Assembly: GCF_964194025.1 (NCBI RefSeq)
Contig: NC_134473.1
Location: 18,104,001 to 18,168,000, forward strand
Direction of reading: 5' to 3'
Length of the DNA: 64,000 bases
From: Convolutriloba macropyga
Taxonomy: Eukaryota
Within the stretch, counting starts at the first letter, position 1; every line of letters starts with the position of its first letter. Positions 37,901-50,750 of the stretch are shown piece after piece. The notes under the pieces were generated by a model. That model did no database searches and had not been told where the DNA came from. It worked only from the letters and a program-made list of their open reading frames with translations. The position numbers and the translations under genes are program-made.

Positions 37901-39200
37901 CAAATCGTACCAAACTTGCTATGGAGTATCCCCTGTATAGTTATATTGTAACGCATTAAGAATTTTTGCTATTGTTTGTCTTATGTTTTTGTCATTGTTT
38001 CCGACAGTTCTTAGTTATTTTATTTTTTGCATTTATTTTGTTTTGGAGATACAGTTTAAGCCTGGTTTTTCGCCAGTGCTTTGCTCAAAAATCGAAACAC
38101 ACCCAAACCATAAGGGAAAAACCTCAAGAATTGATTTTTTCAAAAATCAAATTGAGATATTTCCGACACTACTGTAGCTAAATATATTTATAGACTCATT
38201 TTGTGCATCTGATCAGACTACCGCGTGTTTTTGCGACGGTTTACGGGCCGAAGATTTTGCCGAAAAATAACGGGGAAAAGAGTTTAAAGAGTGTATAAAT
38301 AATTTTCTTATTGTTTTTTTGTTAGTGCCCCCTTATTAAGGGTAGAATTTCATGTTAAAGTTTAATTTACGGGTGTAAATGATAGAAAAAGAGTGTAAAC
38401 AAGAGTGTAACAAAAAGTTTAAACGGTGTAAAAAAGATGGTAATAATAAATTTTAACGGTGGAATAAAGAGTGTAAAAATAAGTTTTAACAGTGTAATCC
38501 AAAAGAATTTTTGGTATAGCGTGCCTAGGAAAAAAGTTAGTTTTTCATACGTAAGTTTGCGATTACTTCAAATAAGTAATTTTAAAAATAGGTCTTTTTG
38601 ATTGGGTCATAGAGTTGTTCAACTCGAACCAAACTTGGTATGATCTATTCCCTGTGTTCATAGAGTCTATAACAAAAGAATTTTTGCTATAGCTTGCCTA
38701 GGAAAAAAGTTAGTTTTTCGTACGTTACTTTCCGATTAATTCGTATAGTTAATTTTAAATAATTTTGAAAAATAGGTCTTTTTGATTAGGTCTTGTCCAA
38801 AGTGAACCAAACTCGGTATGGAGTATCCAATGGGTATCTAGATGGTAAAACAAAAAGAGTTTTCGGTATAGCTTGCCTAGGAAAAAAGTTAGTTTTTCAT
38901 AAGGAAATTTGCGAATTTCGCGATTAGCGAATTTTAACTATAGTTATCTTTTATTGGGCCAAGAAGTTGTTCAAATCGTACCAAACTTGCTATGGAGTAT
39001 CCCCTGTATAGTTATATTGTAACGCATTAAGAATTTTTGCTATTGCTTGTCTGGGAAAAAAGATAGTTTTTCATACGGAAATTTGCGAAATTCGCGATTA
39101 GCGAATTTTAACTATAGTTATCTTTTATTGGTCCAAGAAGCTGTTCAAATAGAACCAAACTCGGAATGGACTATGCCTAGGGTATATAGAATCTAGGCAA
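34965..39200. repeat. Diverged satellite, mostly ~160-186-bp units, in the right part of the transposon (interrupted by the small ORF and an end-module copy)
   Basis: Anchor gcttgcctaggaaaaaagttagtttttcatacgg at 35091, 35834, 36007, 36191, 36355, 36493, 36679, 36852, 37034, 37191, 37363, 37548 and onward. Second motif aaccaaactcggtatggagtat. Confidence 0.9.
35324..35602 (+). CDS. Small intact ORF, 92 aa: basic TRTGR motif, coiled coil, acidic tail
   Basis: ATG to TGA intact. Heptad pattern in LKLEVNELKKKVEALKERVEKHEKAIIEL. Unique sequence interrupting the right satellite, preceded by acceptor-like tttttcag. Confidence 0.5.
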   Translation: MQQTQIIVTRTGRVFCKRPGLSTAENREARVENEEILKLEVNELKKKVEALKERVEKHEKAIIELVDLTNDDFFETTISVNSDDLIELPNGI

Positions 39201-39610
39201 AAAAAAATTCCGTTAAAGCTTGCTTACTTAAAAAGTTAGTTCTTTTGTTTATATTATTTTATTTAATATATTATGTAATTTATTATGGTTTTGTTATTGT
39301 TTCCGACTGTTCTTAGCTATTTTATTGTTTGTCTTTATTTTGTTTTGGAGATAGAGTTTAGGCCTGGTTTTTTGGCCAGTGCTTTGCTCAAAAATCTCTT
39401 ACAGTTGAATGTTCATAACTCCGCCGTAGCCGGTCCCCAGCCCGGTTGAGATAAGGAGGAGGGAAACACACCCAAATCATAGTGGAAAAATCTCAAGAGT
39501 TGATTTTTTTAAATCAATTTGAGATATTTCCCACACTACTGTAGCTATAAATATATTTATTGACTCATTTAGTGCATCTGATTAGACTACCCCGTGCTTT
39601 CGAGACGGCT

Positions 39611-39993
39611 TACGATCCGAGGATTTTCCCCAAAAATAACGGGGAAAAGAGTGTAAAGAGTGTAAAAAAAATCTTTTTACACCGTTAGTGCTACCCTTAA
39701 TAAGAGTGGAAAAAGTGTAATGCAAAAGTGTAATTATAAGAAGAAGAGTGGAAGAGTGTAATAAAAAGATTCAATGGTGTAAAATAAGGGTGTAAAAATA
39801 AGTTAAAGGTGTAATTAAAAAGAGTGTAACCGTAAGAAATTACACCGTTATTCCACCGTTAAATCTTTTTTTACAATCTTAAATTACACTTTTTCCACCC
39901 TTATTAAGGGTAGCACTAACGGTGAAAAAAAATTTTTTTTACACTCTTTACACTCTTTTCCCCGTTATTTTTGGGGAAAATCCTCGGCCCGGG
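39611..39993. repeat. Terminal foldback module (~110-bp inverted arms) forming the right end
   Basis: tacgatccgaggattttccccaaaaataacggggaaaagagtgtaaag... pairs with ...ctttacactcttttccccgttatttttggggaaaatcctcggcccggg. Confidence 0.85.
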
Positions 39994-40189
39994 TTTGAAA
40001 AAGTTTTGCTCAATTCGTACTCTGGATTAAGACATTCCTAAACTGCCTTCCGTACTTATATTACGTTTGAAAATCTGAGTTTTACTGCAAAGTGCTGTTT
40101 TGCCATTAAAAAAATAAGTTCAACGTTAGTGACACATATAGGAAAACGTTGTCAGCCATCATCACTGAAGCTGCCTAAACACTAGCATT

Positions 40190-43100
40190 ACTGTATATTA
40201 AATTTGAATTGTCTCAGCTCATAAATTCCAGTAAAAAAGGATCTCAACAACTCAAAAATTATATGTTAATGCGTTGTGACGTGAATTTTTTGGTCCCTAA
40301 AAAGATTGTGAAGAGAAAAATTAAACGATGAGAAACAAAACTTTCAAAATTCTGAATAAATTAAGCAAACATTTTGCTCCCTGATTAATTTGTACTAATA
40401 TTCGAAGCCTACAGGAGACACGTTCAAAACCATCAGAAGCATACGAGAAAGACCTATGTTGCACTTACCATTACAAAATTTCGGCAAAATGAGAAAAATC
40501 GTTCGTCAAGTATTCTAAAATGATCTAGGTGGACTCAATTAAGTTACTGGACAGCAAATCCTGTAAATGAGTAAATGAGAAGGACTTCCCAGGCAGAGGA
40601 TTTTGCCGAAAAATAACGGGGAAAAGAGTGTAAAGAGTGTACAAATAATAATTTTACACCGTTAGTGCCCCCTTATTAAGGATGGAATGACTTGTTAAAT
40701 TGTAATTTTAATGGTGTAAATTGTAATTTCAAGAATTAACGGTGGAATAAGAGTGGAATAATCTATTTTTACACTTTTTGGATTACACTGTTAATACTTA
40801 TTTTTACACTCTTTATTCCACCGTTAAAAACTTTTATTACCATCTTTTTTACACCGTTTAAACTTTTTGTTACACTCTTGTTTACACTCTTTTTCTATCA
40901 TTTACACCCGTAAATTAAACTTTAACATGTAATTCTACCCTTAATAAGGGGGCACTAACAATAAAACAATAAGAAAATTATTTATACACTCTTTAAACTC
41001 TTTTCCCCGTTATTTTTCGGCAAAATCTTCGGCCCGTAAACCTTCGCAAAAACACGCGGTAGTCTGATCAGATGCACAAAATGAGTCTATAAATATATTT
41101 AGCTACAGTAGTGTCGGAAATATCTCAATTTGATTTTTGAAAAAAATCAATTCTTGAGGTTTTTCCCTTATGGTTTGGGTGTGTTTCGATTTTTGAGCAA
41201 AGCACTGGCGAAAAACCAGGCTTAAACTGTATCTCCAAAACAAAATAAATGCAAAAAATAAAACAACTAAGAACTGTCGGAAACAATGACAAAAACATAA
41301 GACAAACAATAGCGAAAATTCTTAATGCGTTACAATATAACTATACAGGGGATACTCCATAGCAAGTTTGGTACGATTTGAACAACTTCTTGGCCCAATA
41401 AAAGATAACTATAGTTAAAATTCGCTAATCGCGAAATTCGCAAATTTCCTTATGAAAAACTAACTTTTTTCCTAGGCAAGCTATACCGAAAACTCTTTTT
41501 GTTTTACCATCTAGATACCCATTGGATACTCCATACCGAGTTTGGTTCACTTTGGACAAGACCTAATCAAAAAGACCTATTTTTCAAAATTATTTAAAAT
41601 TAACTATACGAATTAATCGGAAAGTAACGTACGAAAAACTAACTTTTTTCCTAGGCAAGCTATAGCAAAAATTCTTTTGTTATAGACTCTATGAACACAG
41701 GGAATAGATCATACCAAGTTTGGTTCAAGTTGAACAACTCTAAGACCCAATCAAAAAGACCTATTTTTAAAATTACTTATTTGAAATAATCGCAAACTTA
41801 CGTATGAAAAACTAACTTTTTTCCTAGGCACGCTATACCAAAAATTCTTTTGGATTACACTGTTAATACTTATTTTTACACTCTTTATTCCACCGTTAAA
41901 ATTTATTATTACCATCTTTTTTACACCGTTTAAACTTTTTGTTACACTCTTGTTTACACTCTTTTTCTATCATTTACACCCGTAAATTAAACTTTAACAT
42001 GAAATTCTACCCTTAATAAGGGGGCACTAACAATAAAACAATAAGAAAATTATTTATACACTCTTTAAACTCTTTTCCCCGTTATTTTTCGGCAAAATCT
42101 TCGGCCCGTAAACCGTCGCAAAAACACGCGGTAGTCTGATCAGATGCACAAAATGAGTCTATAAATATATTTAGCTACAGTAGTGTCGGAAATATCTCAA
42201 TTTGATTTTTGAAAAAATCAATTCTTGAGGTTTTTCCCTTATGGTTTGGGTGTGTTTCGATTTTTGAGCAAAACACTGGCGAAAAACCAGGCTTAAACTA
42301 TATCTCCAAAACAAAATAAAAGCAAACAAAAAACTAACTAAGAACTTCGGAAACAATAACAAAAAGATAAAAAATTACAAAATATATTAGATAAAATAAT
42401 GTAAATAAAGAATTTAACTTTTTCCAGAGGCAAGCCATACCGGAAATTCTTCTTTTCCTATATTCTCTATACCCTAGAGATACTCCATACCAAGCTTGGT
42501 TGAATTTGGACAATTCTATGACCCTATCAAAGAGACCTATTATTAAAATTAGTAATTCGAAATAATCGCAATTTTTCGCTCAAAAACCTAACTTTTTCCA
42601 GAGTCTAACTATACCAAAATTTATTTTTTCCTAGATTCTATATACCCAAATAGCTCAGCGTTATCATTATTGTGCATTAAAATTGAATTGCTTCAGCTCG
42701 CCAATTCCAGTTGAAAAGGATCACAACAACTCAAAAATTATCTGTTAATGCAAAAAATTGCGAGGTGGATTTTTTCTCCCCTAAAGAGATTGCGAAGAGA
42801 AGCAACTGAATGTGGAGAAACAAAAATTTCAAAATTCTGAATAAATTAAGCAAACATTTTGCTCCCTGATTAATTTGTACTAATATTCGAAGCCTACAGG
42901 AGACACGTTCAAAACCATCAGAAGCAAACGAGAAAGACCTATGTTGCACTTACCATAACAAAATTTTGGCAAAATGAGAAAAATCGTTCGTCAAGCATTC
43001 TAAAATGATCTAGGTGGACTCAATTAAGTTACTGGACAGCAAATCTTGTAAATGAGTAAATGAGACGGACTTCCCAGGCAGAGGATTTTGCCGAAAAATA

Positions 43101-46100
43101 ACGGGGAAAAGAGTGTAAAGAGTGTAAAAATAATAATTTTACACCGTTAGTGCCCCTTATTAAGGGTGGAATTACTTATTAAAGTGTAATTTTAGTGGTG
43201 TAAATTGTAATTTTAAGATTTAACGGTGGAATAAGCGGGGAATAACTTATTTTTACACTCTTTGGATTACAAGGTTAATACTTAATTTTACACTCTTTAT
43301 TCCACCGTTAAAACTTATTATTACCATCCTTTTTACACCGTTAAAACTTTTTGTTACACTCTTGTTTACACTCTTTTTCTATCAATTACACCCGTTAATT
43401 AAACTTTAACATGTAATTCTACCCTTAATAAGGGGGCACTAACGGTATAAAAATATTATTTTTACACTCTTTACACTCTTTTCCCCGTTATTTTTCGGCA
43501 AAATCTTCGGCCCGGAAACAGTCGCAAAAACACGCGGTAGTCTGATCAAATGCACAAAATGAGTCTATAAATATATTTAGCTACAGTAGTGTCGGAAATA
43601 TCTCAATTTGATTTTTGAAAAAATCAATTCTTGAGGTTTTTCCATTATGGTTTGGGTGTGTTTCGATTTTTGAGCAAAGCACTGCCGAAAAACCAGGCTT
43701 AAACTGTATCTCCAAAACAAAATACATGCAAACAATAAAATAACTAAGAACTGTCGGAAACAATGACAAAAACATAAAAAATTACAAAATATATTTTTTA
43801 AAATAATATAAATAAAGAATTTAACTTTTTCCAGAGGCAAGCCATACCGGAAATTCTTCTTTTCCTATATTCTCTATACCCTAGAGATACTCCATACCAA
43901 GCTTGGTTGAATTTGGACAACTCTATGACCCTATCAAAGAGATCTATTATTAAAATTAGTAATTCGAAATAATCGCAATTTTTCACTCAAAAACCTAATT
44001 TTTTCCAGAGGCTAGCTATAGCAAAAATTTTTTTTCCTAGATTCTATATACCCAAATAGCTCAGCGTTATCATTATTGTGCATTAAAATTGAATTGCTTC
44101 AGCTCGCAAATTCCAGTTAAAAAGGGATCACAACAACTCAAAAATTATCTGTTAATGCAAAAAATTGCGAGGTGGATTTTTTCTCCCCTAAAGAGATTGT
44201 GAAGAGAAGCAACTGAATGAGGAGAAACAAAAATTTCAAAATTCTGAATAAATTAAGCAAACATTTTGCTCTCTGATCAATTTGTACTAATATTCGAAGC
44301 CTACAGGAGACACGTTCAAAACCATCAGAAGCAAACGAGAAAGACCTATGTTGCACTTACCACAACAAAATTTAGGCAAAATGAGAAAAATCGTTCGTCA
44401 AGCATTCTAAAATGTTCTAGGTGGACTCAATTAAGTTACTGGACAGAAATCCCTGTAATTGAGTAAATGAGACGGACTTCCCAGGCAGAGGATTTTGCCG
44501 AAAAATAACGGGCAAAAGAGTGTAAAGAGTGTAAAAATAATAATTTTACACAGTTAGTGCCCCCTTATTAACGGTGGAATTACTTGTTAAAGTGTAATTT
44601 TAATGGTGTAAATTGTAATTTTAAGATTTAACGGTGGAATAAGAGTGAAATAACTTTTTTTTACACTCTTTGGATTACACTGTTAATACTTATTTTTACA
44701 CTCTTTATTCCACCGTTAAAACTTATTATTACCATCATTTTTACACCGTTAAAACTTTTTGTTACACTCTTGTTTACACTCTTTTCTATCATTTACACCC
44801 GTAAATTAAACTTTAACATGTAATTCTACCCTTAATAAGGGGGCACTAGCGGTATAAAAATAATGTTTTTACACTCTTTAAACTCTTTTCCCCGTTATTT
44901 TTCGGCAAAATCTTTGGCCCGTAAACCGTCGCAAAAACACGCGGTAGTCTGATCAGATGCACAAAATGAGTCTATAAATATATTTAGCTACAGTAGTGTC
45001 GGAAATATCTCAATTCGATTTTTGAAAAAATCAATTCTTGAGGTTTCTCCATTATGGTTTGGGTGTGTTTCGATTTTTGAGCAAAGCACTGGCGAAAAAC
45101 CAGGCGTATACTATATCTCCAAAACAAAATAAAAGCAAACAATAAAATAACTAAGAACTGTCGGAAACAATAACAAAAACATAAAAAATTACAAAATATA
45201 TTAGATAAAATAATATAAATAAAGAATTTAACTTTTTCCAGAGGCAAGCCATACCAGAAATACTTCTTTTCCTATCTTCTCTATACCTCTAGAGATACTC
45301 CATACCAAGCTTGGTTGAATTTGGACAACTCTATGACCCTATCAAAGAGACCTATTTTTAAAATTAGTAATTCGAAATAATCGCAAATCTTCGCTCAAAA
45401 ACCTAACTTTTTCCAGAGGCTGGCTATACCAAAAATTATTTTTTCCTAGATTCTATATACCCAAATAGCTCAGCGTTATCATTATTGTGCATTAAAATTG
45501 AATTGCTTCAGCTTGCAAATTCCAGTTAAAAATGGATCACAACAACTCAAAAATTATCTGTTAATGCAAAAAATTGCGAGGTGGACTTTTTCTCCCCTAA
45601 AAAGATTGTGAAGAGAAGGAGATTGTGAAGGAATCATTATTGTGCATTAAAATTGAATTGCTTCAGCTCGCAAATTCCAATTAAAGATGGATCACAACAA
45701 CTCAAAAATTATCTGTTAATGCAAAAAATTGCGAGGTGGATTTTTTCTCCCCTAAAGAGATTGCGAAGAGAAGCAACTGAATGAGGAGAAACAAAAATTT
45801 CAAAGTTCTGAATAAATTAAGCAAACAATTTGCTCTCTGATCAATTTGTACTTTTATTTGAAGCCTACAGGAGACACGTTCAAAACAATCAGAAGCAAAA
45901 GAGAAAGACTTATGTTGCACTTACCAGAACAAAATTTTGGCAAAATGAGAAAAATCGTTCGTCAAGCATTCTAAATTGATCTAGGTGGACTCAATTAAAT
46001 TACTGAACAGAAAATCCTGTAAATGAGTAAATGAGACGGACTTCCCAGGCAGAGGATTTTGCCGAAAAATAACGGGCAAAAGAGTGTAAAGAGTGTAAAA

Positions 46101-49062
46101 ATAATAATTTTACACAGTTAGTGCCCCCTTATTAACGGTGGAATTACTTGTTAAAGTGTAATTTTAATGGTGTAAATTGTAATTTTAAGATTTAACGGTG
46201 GAGTAAGAGTGAAATAACTTTTTTTACACTCTTTGGATTACACTGTTAATACTTATTTTTACACTCTTTATTCCACCGTTAAAATTTATTATTACCATCT
46301 TTTTTACACCGTTAAAACTTTTTGTTACACTCTTGTTTACACTCTTTTTCTATCATTTACACCCGTAAATTAAACTTTAACATGTAATTCTACCCTTAAT
46401 AAGGGGGCACTAACGGTATAAAAATATTATTTTTACACTCTTTACACTCTTTTCCCCGTTATTTTTCGGCAAAATCTTCGGCCCGGAAACAGTCGCAAAA
46501 ACACGCGGTAGTCTGATCAGATGCACAAAATGAGTCTATAAATATATTTAGCTACAGTAGTGTCGGAAATATCTCAATTCGATTTTTGAAAAAATCAATT
46601 CTTGAGGTTTCTCCATTATGGTTTGGGTGTGTTTCGATTTTTGAGCAAAGCACTGGCGAAAAACCAGGCGTATACTATATCTCCAAAACAAAATAAAAGC
46701 AAACAATAAAATAACTAAGAACTGTCGGAAACAATAACAAAAACATAAAAAATTACAAAATATATTAGATAAAATAATATAAATAAAGAATTTAACTTTT
46801 TCCAGAGGCAAGCCATACCAGAAATACTTCTTTTCCTATCTTCTCTATACCTCTAGAGATACTCCATACCAAGCTTGGTTGAATTTGGACAACTCTATGA
46901 CCCTATCAAAGAGACCTATTTTTAAAATTAGTAATTCGAAATAATCGCAAATCTTCGCTCAAAAACCTAACTTTTTCCAGAGGCTGGCTATACCAAAAAT
47001 TATTTTTTCCTAGATTCTATATACCCAAATAGCTCAGCGTTATCATTATTGTGCATTAAAATTGAATTGCTTCAGCTTGCAAATTCCAGTTAAAAATGGA
47101 TCACAACAACTCAAAAATTATCTGTTAATGCAAAAAATTGCGAGGTGGACTTTTTCTCCCCTAAAAAGATTGTGAAGAGAAGGAGATTGTGAAGGAATCA
47201 TTATTGTGCATTAAAATTGAATTGCTTCAGCTCGCAAATTCCAATTAAAGATGGATCACAACAACTCAAAAATTATCTGTTAATGCAAAAAATTGCGAGG
47301 TGGATTTTTTCTCCCCTAAAGAGATTGCGAAGAGAAGCAACTGAATGAGGAGAAACAAAAATTTCAAAATTCTGAATAAATTAAGCAAACAATTTGCTCT
47401 CTGATCAATTTGTACTTTTATTTGAAGCCTACAGGAGACACGTTCAAAACAATCAGAAGCAAAAGAGAAAGACTTATGTTGCACTTACCAGAACAAAATT
47501 TTGGCAAAATGAGAAAAATCGTTCGTCAAGCATTCTAAATTGATCTAGGTGGACTCAATTAAATTACTGAACAGAAAATCCTGTAAATGAGTAAATGAGA
47601 CGGACTTCCCAGGCAGAGGATTTTGCCGAAAAATAACGGGCAAAAGAGTGTAAAGAGTGTAAAAATAATAATTTTACACAGTTAGTGCCCCCTTATTAAC
47701 GGTGGAATTACTTGTTAAAGTGTAATTTTAATGGTGTAAATTGTAATTTTAAGATTTAACGGTGGAGTAAGAGTGAAATAACTTTTTTTACACTCTTTGG
47801 ATTACACTGTTAATACTTATTTTTACACTCTTTATTCCACCGTTAAAATTTATTATTACCATCTTTTTTACACCGTTAAAACTTTTTGTTACACTCTTGT
47901 TTACACTCTTTTTCTATCATTTACACCCGTAAATTAAACTTTAACATGTAATTCTACCCTTAATAAGGGGGCACTAACGGTATAAAAATATTATTTTTAC
48001 ACTCTTTACACTCTTTTCCCCGTTATTTTTCGGCAAAATCTTCGGCCCGGAAACAGTCGCAAAGACACGCGGTAGTCTGATCAGATGCACAAAATGAGTC
48101 TATAAATATATTTAGCTACAGTAGTGTCGGAAATATCTCAATTTGATTTTTGAAAAAATCAATTCTTGAGGTTTTTCCATTATGGTTTGGGTGTGTTTCG
48201 GTTTTTGAGCAAAGCACTGGCGAAAAACCAGGCTTAAACTATATCTCCAAAACAAAATAAAAGCAAACAAAAAACTAACTAAGAACTTCGGAAACAATAA
48301 CAAAAAGATAAAAATCTACAAAATATATTAGATAAAATAATATAAATAAAGAAGTTAACTTTTTCCAGAGGCAAGCCATACCGGAAATTCTTATTTTCCT
48401 ATATTCTCTATACCCTAGAGATACTCCATACCAAGCTTGGTTGAATTTGGACAATTCTATGACCCTATCAAAGAGACCTATTATTAAAATTAGTAATTCG
48501 AAATAATCGCAATTTTTCGCTCAAAAATCTAACTTTTTCCAGAGTCTAGCTATACCAAAATTTATTTTTTCCTAGATTCTATATACCCAAATAGCTCAGC
48601 GTTATCATTATTGTGCATTAAAATTGAATTGCTTCAGCTCGCAAATTCCGGTTGAAAAGGATCACAACAACTCAAAAATTATCTGTTAATGCAAAAAATT
48701 GCGAGGTGGGTTTTTTCTCCCCTAAAGAGATTGTGAAGAGAAGCAACTGAATGTGGAGAAACAAAAATTTCAAAAATCTGAATAAATTAAGCAAACATTT
48801 TGCTCCCTGATTAATTTGTACTAATATTCGAAGCCTACAGGAGACACGTTCAAAATCATCAGAAGCAAACGAGAAAGACCTATGTTGCACTTACCACAAC
48901 AAAATTTAGGCAAAATGAGAAAAATCGTTCGTCAAGCATTCTAAAATGTTCTAGGTGGACTCAATTAAGTTACTTACAGCAAATTCAATACAGCAAATTG
49001 AAATACAGCAAACTCAATACAGCAAATTGACAATCCTGTCAATGAGTAAATGAGACGGGCTT
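40190..49062. repeat. Inverted copy of the transposon right end plus flank, amplified as 1.4-1.56-kb tandem units
   Basis: Degenerate terminus tt|CCCAGGCAGAGG at 40588, 43073, 44480, 46044 and 47608 (last three spacings 1407, 1564, 1564). ~41310-42330 is the near-exact reverse complement of ~38000-39045. Confidence 0.9.
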
Positions 49063-49539
49063 CTTAAATCCCTCCAAGCATCCTAATCTGATCCTGTCAG
49101 AACTGTTGCTAAACTTGCAATACGCACGCCAAAAAATTATTCCCTCTTCCCTTAAAAACATTTCTGGGTCATTCCAATATGACACCAACACACCCCCCTC
49201 CCCGCGCACAAAACTAAAGATCCCCTTAAAGTATGTTGTTTTGGTTAAAATTTCATGCAAAGTTCCTCTTCAGTTTTAAGAATGCTTTCTCTATACGAAT
49301 TTTAATAGACGCGAAGTATTCAAAGCAATTATCAATTTTGTTTCGTTTTATAAAGTAGTATGTTCTACTGCCAGTCCCAATTCTTTGATGAGGTCTTTAA
49401 AAAATCTCCAGCCTATTTGTACTACAATGGATTTTGCGTCTTCTTGTTGGCATCCACTTTCGTTGCCGATCATGAAAAGCAAACAACTGCATTATAAAGT
49501 TAGACAATTATGAAGAAATTTTGAACAAAAAAACAGGAT

Positions 49540-50750
49540 CAAGTCCAGGACCAGATAAAATCAGCTATAACATCCTGAAAAGTTTACCTAAACGCCACAA
49601 AGCATATATTTGTCTCTTGATAACTAGCTCAAAAAACAATTCTTATGTTCCAACTACATGGAAAGAGTGACAAGTCAAAATGTTACAAAAGCCGAAAAAA
49701 CAAAAAAGATGCAGAAAGTTAACAACCAATCAGCCTAACCAATTGCATTGCAAAAATTTGTGAAAAAGCAGTAAAGAATAGTGTTCTAGCGCACTGTGAA
49801 GAAATGGATGTCTTCGGTGAAATGCAAAGTGCGTATAGATGGAACCGTTGCACAACTGATAATTTGCTCAAACTTACTCTGAACGTAACAGAAGCATTTC
49901 AATGGTCTGAAATGGTTGGATTTGTCTGCCTGGAAATTGAAAAAAACGTTTGATGCAGTGTGGAGACTAGGATTTCAAAACAAACTGCTACAAATTGTTG
50001 TGCATAAACCTCTGAGAAAATGGGTTAACACTTTTCTCTCTCAGAGGAGCATCTTTGTGAAAATTAAAAACTCAAAAAGTATTACATTTTCAACACTAGC
50101 TGGATTACTTCAGGGCAGCCTCATTGCACCAATACTCTTCCTGGTTTATGTCAGCGGCATTCCTGAAATACCCGCACAAATTTCTCAAATTGCTGATGAT
50201 TTTTCCCTTTATTACAGGTCGCGCTCCTGTAGAATAATTCAAGAGAAACTTCGGTACTCACTAGACAAATTGGTCAAATGGTGCGAAAAACTGAAAAAAA
50301 AATAAATCGAGGCAGAACAAATTTTATGCTTTTTAAAAATCCGTCCAAGAAAGCTTCCAGTTTAGACCTTTTTATCAATGGTACAAGAATTGAAGGCGCA
50401 AATTCAATCAAGTTTTTTGGCCTAAACCATACCCCACATCTAAAGTGGAACGAACACTGCAAAAGTTTGGTGGCCAGAGCAAACAAAAGAATCTTCCAAC
50501 TATGGCGGCTCATTCAGATCAACATTGATGAAGAGTGCTTGCTAACCTTGTATAAATCATGGGTTCAACCTCTATTTCTCTATGCGAATGCCTGCTGGAT
50601 TGACCAATCTAAATAAATTATCAACAGCATACAACTGACACAAAATAGAGTATTAAGAATTTTTATGAGGAAACCCCGCTGGTACAGTGCCAAAATCTCC
50701 ATGAAGAGGCCAAGATAACTGCAGTAGGAGATTTTCTACTGATCCAGAAA
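49540..50750 (+). mobile_element. Decayed non-LTR retrotransposon reverse transcriptase (Jockey/I-like)
   Basis: Across frameshifts: SPGPDKI, QPISLTNCIAKICEK, QSAYR..RCTTDNL, TFDAVW, GLLQGSLIAPILFLVYV, QIADD (YADD box), IKFFGL. Confidence 0.85.

Larger units (their letters stand above)
18854..39993 (+). mobile_element. ~21.1-kb CMC/EnSpm (CACTA-type) DNA transposon with cargo genes, decayed copy
   Basis: Left end TT|CCCGGGCCGACG, right end CCTCGGCCCGGG|TT (10-bp perfect TIR, 2-bp TT TSD). Both ends carry dense subterminal TTACACTC/GAGTGTAA and TTCCACCGTTA motifs. Encloses an EnSpm-type transposase. The right boundary is less certain because the end module is duplicated. Confidence 0.8.

Noticed and set aside
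37966-48890. Repeated small hydrophobic ORFs (MLLFVLCF..., MQHRSFSF...) as a gene family
   Set aside because: They lie in T-rich transposon-end and flank repeat units, vary by indels between copies and have no recognisable domain.
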